Below, piece after piece: positions 60,780 through 64,000 of a DNA stretch of 64,000 nt. Both the position numbers and the translations under genes were made by a program. The notes beneath the pieces are model-generated. The model saw only the letters and a program-made list of their open reading frames with translations, ran no database searches and was not told where the DNA came from. The DNA lies in assembly GCA_001244265.2 (NCBI GenBank), contig CDLV01000004.1:1860001-1924000 (forward strand). The letters run 5' to 3'. Each line of letters begins with the position of its first letter. Within the stretch, counting starts at the first letter, position 1. The stretch comes from Microbotryum violaceum (lineage: Eukaryota).

Positions 60780-60824
60780 TATAGAGGTAGTAATATCCTC
60801 CGAGCCAGAACTAACTAACTATCT

Positions 60825-61250
60825 TTTTTATTTATTTATTTGATAGACTTCACTAACAGCACAATTATATTAATACCTAGAAATCTTCGGAAAAGTCGGA
60901 GGGAATGCTGTTACGCACACTGGCAGAAGCCAGTAGTGTAGGGCTCATTGACCCTGAACCAGGATCAACCATACCTACTAAAACCCCCTTTGGTGTCTTA
61001 CAGAGACACTAGGCAACCCTTGGACTCCTGGATAGAGGCTCGAAGCCCCTCGAACTCCGTTTCGGTGATCGGTTCCAAAAGATCCGACGAGAATCGACGA
61101 CGGCGACAAAGCTTCCAGATCGAGTGAAAGAAGAGGACTCGTAGTTCGACAAGTCGACGTTCCGAGCGAGACACGACCGGGCATACAAAGTCCACAAAGA
61201 CTGGGTGGGGGGTCGGGGACAGAGCAGACCAGAAGCGCCGGGACTATCAA
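60825..61250 (-). mobile_element. 5'-truncated LINE (ORF2 C-terminus, 3' UTR and TAAA tail)
   Basis: Frame ...LVELRVLFFHSIWKLCRRRRFSS...SL* ends at 60998, followed by a UTR shared with 55676-55850. Confidence 0.7.
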
Positions 61251-61601
61251 CTATGCCTCAATAGTTGGGATAGTTAGTTAACTATTTGCGGTGGCGTAGT
61301 TAGTTAACTAACTAAGCTTAAGCGTAGTCTTGCATGCCGCAAGGTCGTCCGTCATGACCCATGGCATGGCATGACTTCCCTCCAATCCAGGGGACAGAGA
61401 AAGCTCTCTTGAATCTCATGTGTAGCCATCAGCTCTTCTGCACCCACCTAGCTGAGCCTGCTGCTGTTACTGCTGCAGCGCTGCTTGACCCTGAGGCCTG
61501 AGGCCCGCACCCTCCCGCACCCAGCGCCCAGGCAACCGCCTCGAGTCCGGCCTGGATTTGCCTCTTTCCCTCCTGCCACTGTCTTCCCCTCGCCTCTCCT
61601 G

Positions 61602-64000
61602 ATGAACATGAACGGATCAACATCTGGCTCGACCGACGATTTGTTCAGCTTGGCCTTGAATTCCGATACGGCTTCTTCTTTTGGCGCTGCAACCGCTGGC
61701 GATGCACCTTCGTTACAACAACATATCGAGCGCGTGTCGGGGCTCGTGCCTGAGTCTTCCCAGCCCACTCGCGCCCTCCTTTTCTCGTTGCTCAACCGCC
61801 CGCTCAGCCTCAACCTCAACCTCAAGCTTCACTCACTCCAGCTCAACAGCTCGAAATGATGAGCATGGTGGTAACGCTCCAGAAAATGAAAAACAATTCG
61901 CTGCCATGGCTGCCAAAATCGAAGCTCGCCGAGCCGATCTACGCTCAATTGAACAACGCGCGATGGCTTTCGGCAAGACGGAAGCTAGGGTCGCGGCTGA
62001 GAAACGAGGTCCAGCAGCATATCTGGAGCTGATCAACTCTCACAACCTGGGTCTAGAGGAAACAGGTCAGTCTCGTCGATTCACGTTGGCCGTTTGCCGT
62101 CCCTTGTTCCGTGTCCCATTGCTGATCTCTCGGCTCTCGCTTTCGTAGACTAGATCCGGGACAATATGTCTTGGGCTTACGTTAACGACTGGTCAAATCC
62201 CTTCAAATCCGGCTCGACTCTTTCCACATCCTCAAGGGATCGAGCTCAACTCTTTTGCAGTCGTCGAGTCGCGCGTCGACCACCCGTCATTCAGCTCCCG
62301 CCGCGCCATTGCCCGACCTGGCTTTTAGCCGATCGACCTCGAGCGACGCAAGGAGGTCGCGATCATCTCCGGTACACGCGAATGATCGCAACGGGGGTGG
62401 GCTCTTGACACCAGCGGCACGGTCGGCACGTGGCAGGCTGAGTGGCGCTCAGCTAGGGCTCAAGAAATCGACTTCGCGCGCCTCCTCCGCCGCCGAAGCG
62501 ATGCAACCGATGCCCACCAGCAAGGCGGAGAGCTGGAAGGGCAAGGGTGTGGCCCACGACCCCAGCACCCTCGTATTCAGCCCCACCTCGCACGCTGGCG
62601 TCGTCAAAGCTGCGAACGCCTTCGTCGTCCTTCCCATCCTGCTCAACAACCCGGGATACAACTACACGCACATTGGTAAAACCAAATCGACCGAACTGCT
62701 CGAGGGCCAGCTAAAATTCGAGTTTGGCGTCGTTCGTCGCGCCTACCTTCAGTTCAACCTCGCCTTTACCCTGCCTCGGCTCCCTCTCCGCATCATCGCA
62801 AGATGTCGATGACGCGATCAACGCGGAGGTTCGAAGAGTTGTTGGCGATCAACATCCGAAGTGCCTGCGGGAACGCCTCAGAGGTAAACGCCTAGGCGAC
62901 ATTGATGGCGAGTTCTCGGTTCAAGACTACGAGTAAGATCGTCCGCTGGTCTCTCGTGGCAAGGAAGCATGCTGACGTCTTTTCCGCACCACAGTTACTA
63001 CTACCTTCCGAACACAAGACTCGCAGCTATTTGGGAGCCTTAACCTCTCGACGTGATCCCAAAAGATCATTATCCTAAACGTCCGACTGCACAAGAGCTC
63101 GCAACTCAGTTTGTTGGAAGCCCAGGCGGCTGTCTCGTACTCATGCCCGCACATCGGGACCGAAATTTTCTTTCAGACGCAAAGGTGCTCGAGTTCTGCA
63201 CGATTCTTCACAAGGGCGAGTTGAAGGAACGTCTGTTCAAGAAACGCGTTGGGGTATCGATCGTCGAGCGCAACGGCATGTTCATTCGGGACATAAATCA
63301 AGGTGATCCGGAGGGTGCAGATATTTATGGTGTGCCTTCTTTTGCCAAAGAGGACCGTCCTGCTCGACTTCGGGGCATGTTCTTCTCCCGAGAAGTAATC
63401 TCTTACGTCGATTCGGCGGCGGACGACTGGCGCGATTTTGCCCGCATCCATGCAGTCACAGCAACCGACGACGACGAGGCCTACAATTCCTTCCCAGCGG
63501 ACGACGGGGACGTCGGTGACTCGAATGCCTGGGACTCCAACCCAAACGACCGCTTCGAGGAAGATCGCAGGGCGAATAAGACGTTTTTGCTCAAGCAATG
63601 GAACCGCATGGTAGACGAGAAGATTGCTCAGCGCAAGGCGGAACAAGATAGCGACGGCGACGATGAGGATGATGACGCTACAGCAGCTTCGCTTGGGAAA
63701 CGCGCCAAGGGTTTGCAAACTGAGAGCAAGAAGAAGAAGAGGAAGACTGGGGGAAAAGCGCAAATGTTGATCGGCGTCAGCGCCAGCGCCCGGGATGACG
63801 ACGACGACGACGACGACGACGCGAGCAAGGATGATTTATCTTCGTCTGGACTTTCGGATTCAAGTGCGGAGAAGCGTCGAGTTCAGAACATCCTCGCGGG
63901 GAACCAAAGGATACAGGAGATGATCCTAAGTCCCGGATCCAAGGGTGAAACGTTACCTCCGCCGCCGAACTTTGGTCCGAAGAGACAGCCAGGGCGATGA
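61602..64000 (+). other. Unidentified multi-exon gene or pseudogene with acidic/basic C-terminal region, runs off the window
   Basis: Open frames 61602-61859, 62255-62812 and 63053-64000. GT..AG intron-like gaps (~62026-62148, ~62933-62994). In-frame TAA at 63041. Confidence 0.4.

Overview
Eukaryotic, intron-rich fungal DNA, probably a basidiomycete of the Microbotryum/Pucciniomycotina type (inferred from gene and TE content, not proven). About two thirds of the window is transposon-derived. 1-2.8 kb: degenerate RecQ-helicase gene inside a probable AcademH-like DNA transposon. 4.9-30.4 kb: a nest of retroelements containing two Ty3/gypsy elements (one with a chromodomain), two near-identical Ty1/copia copies in inverted orientation that have recombined and inverted the DNA between them, and several L1/Tx1-like LINEs. 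36-47 kb: Helitron, Helitron2-like and MULE/SWIM relics, a MITE and a tRNA-like element. Host genes: a tandem CCCH zinc-finger protein, an apparently pseudogenised ADY2/GPR1-family acetate transporter, NHP6, a SNAPC3/SNAP50 homolog and a KES1/OSH4-like oxysterol-binding protein. The most unusual signals are (i) a covarying hairpin plus a duplicated arm split by a micro-intron-like spacer, conserved between two divergent gypsy LTRs, (ii) the copia-mediated inversion with a swapped target-site duplication, (iii) a tRNA-like gene with a non-canonical anticodon loop and (iv) Helitron-like elements that seem to begin with AC rather than TC. All calls were made by eye; no searches were run.
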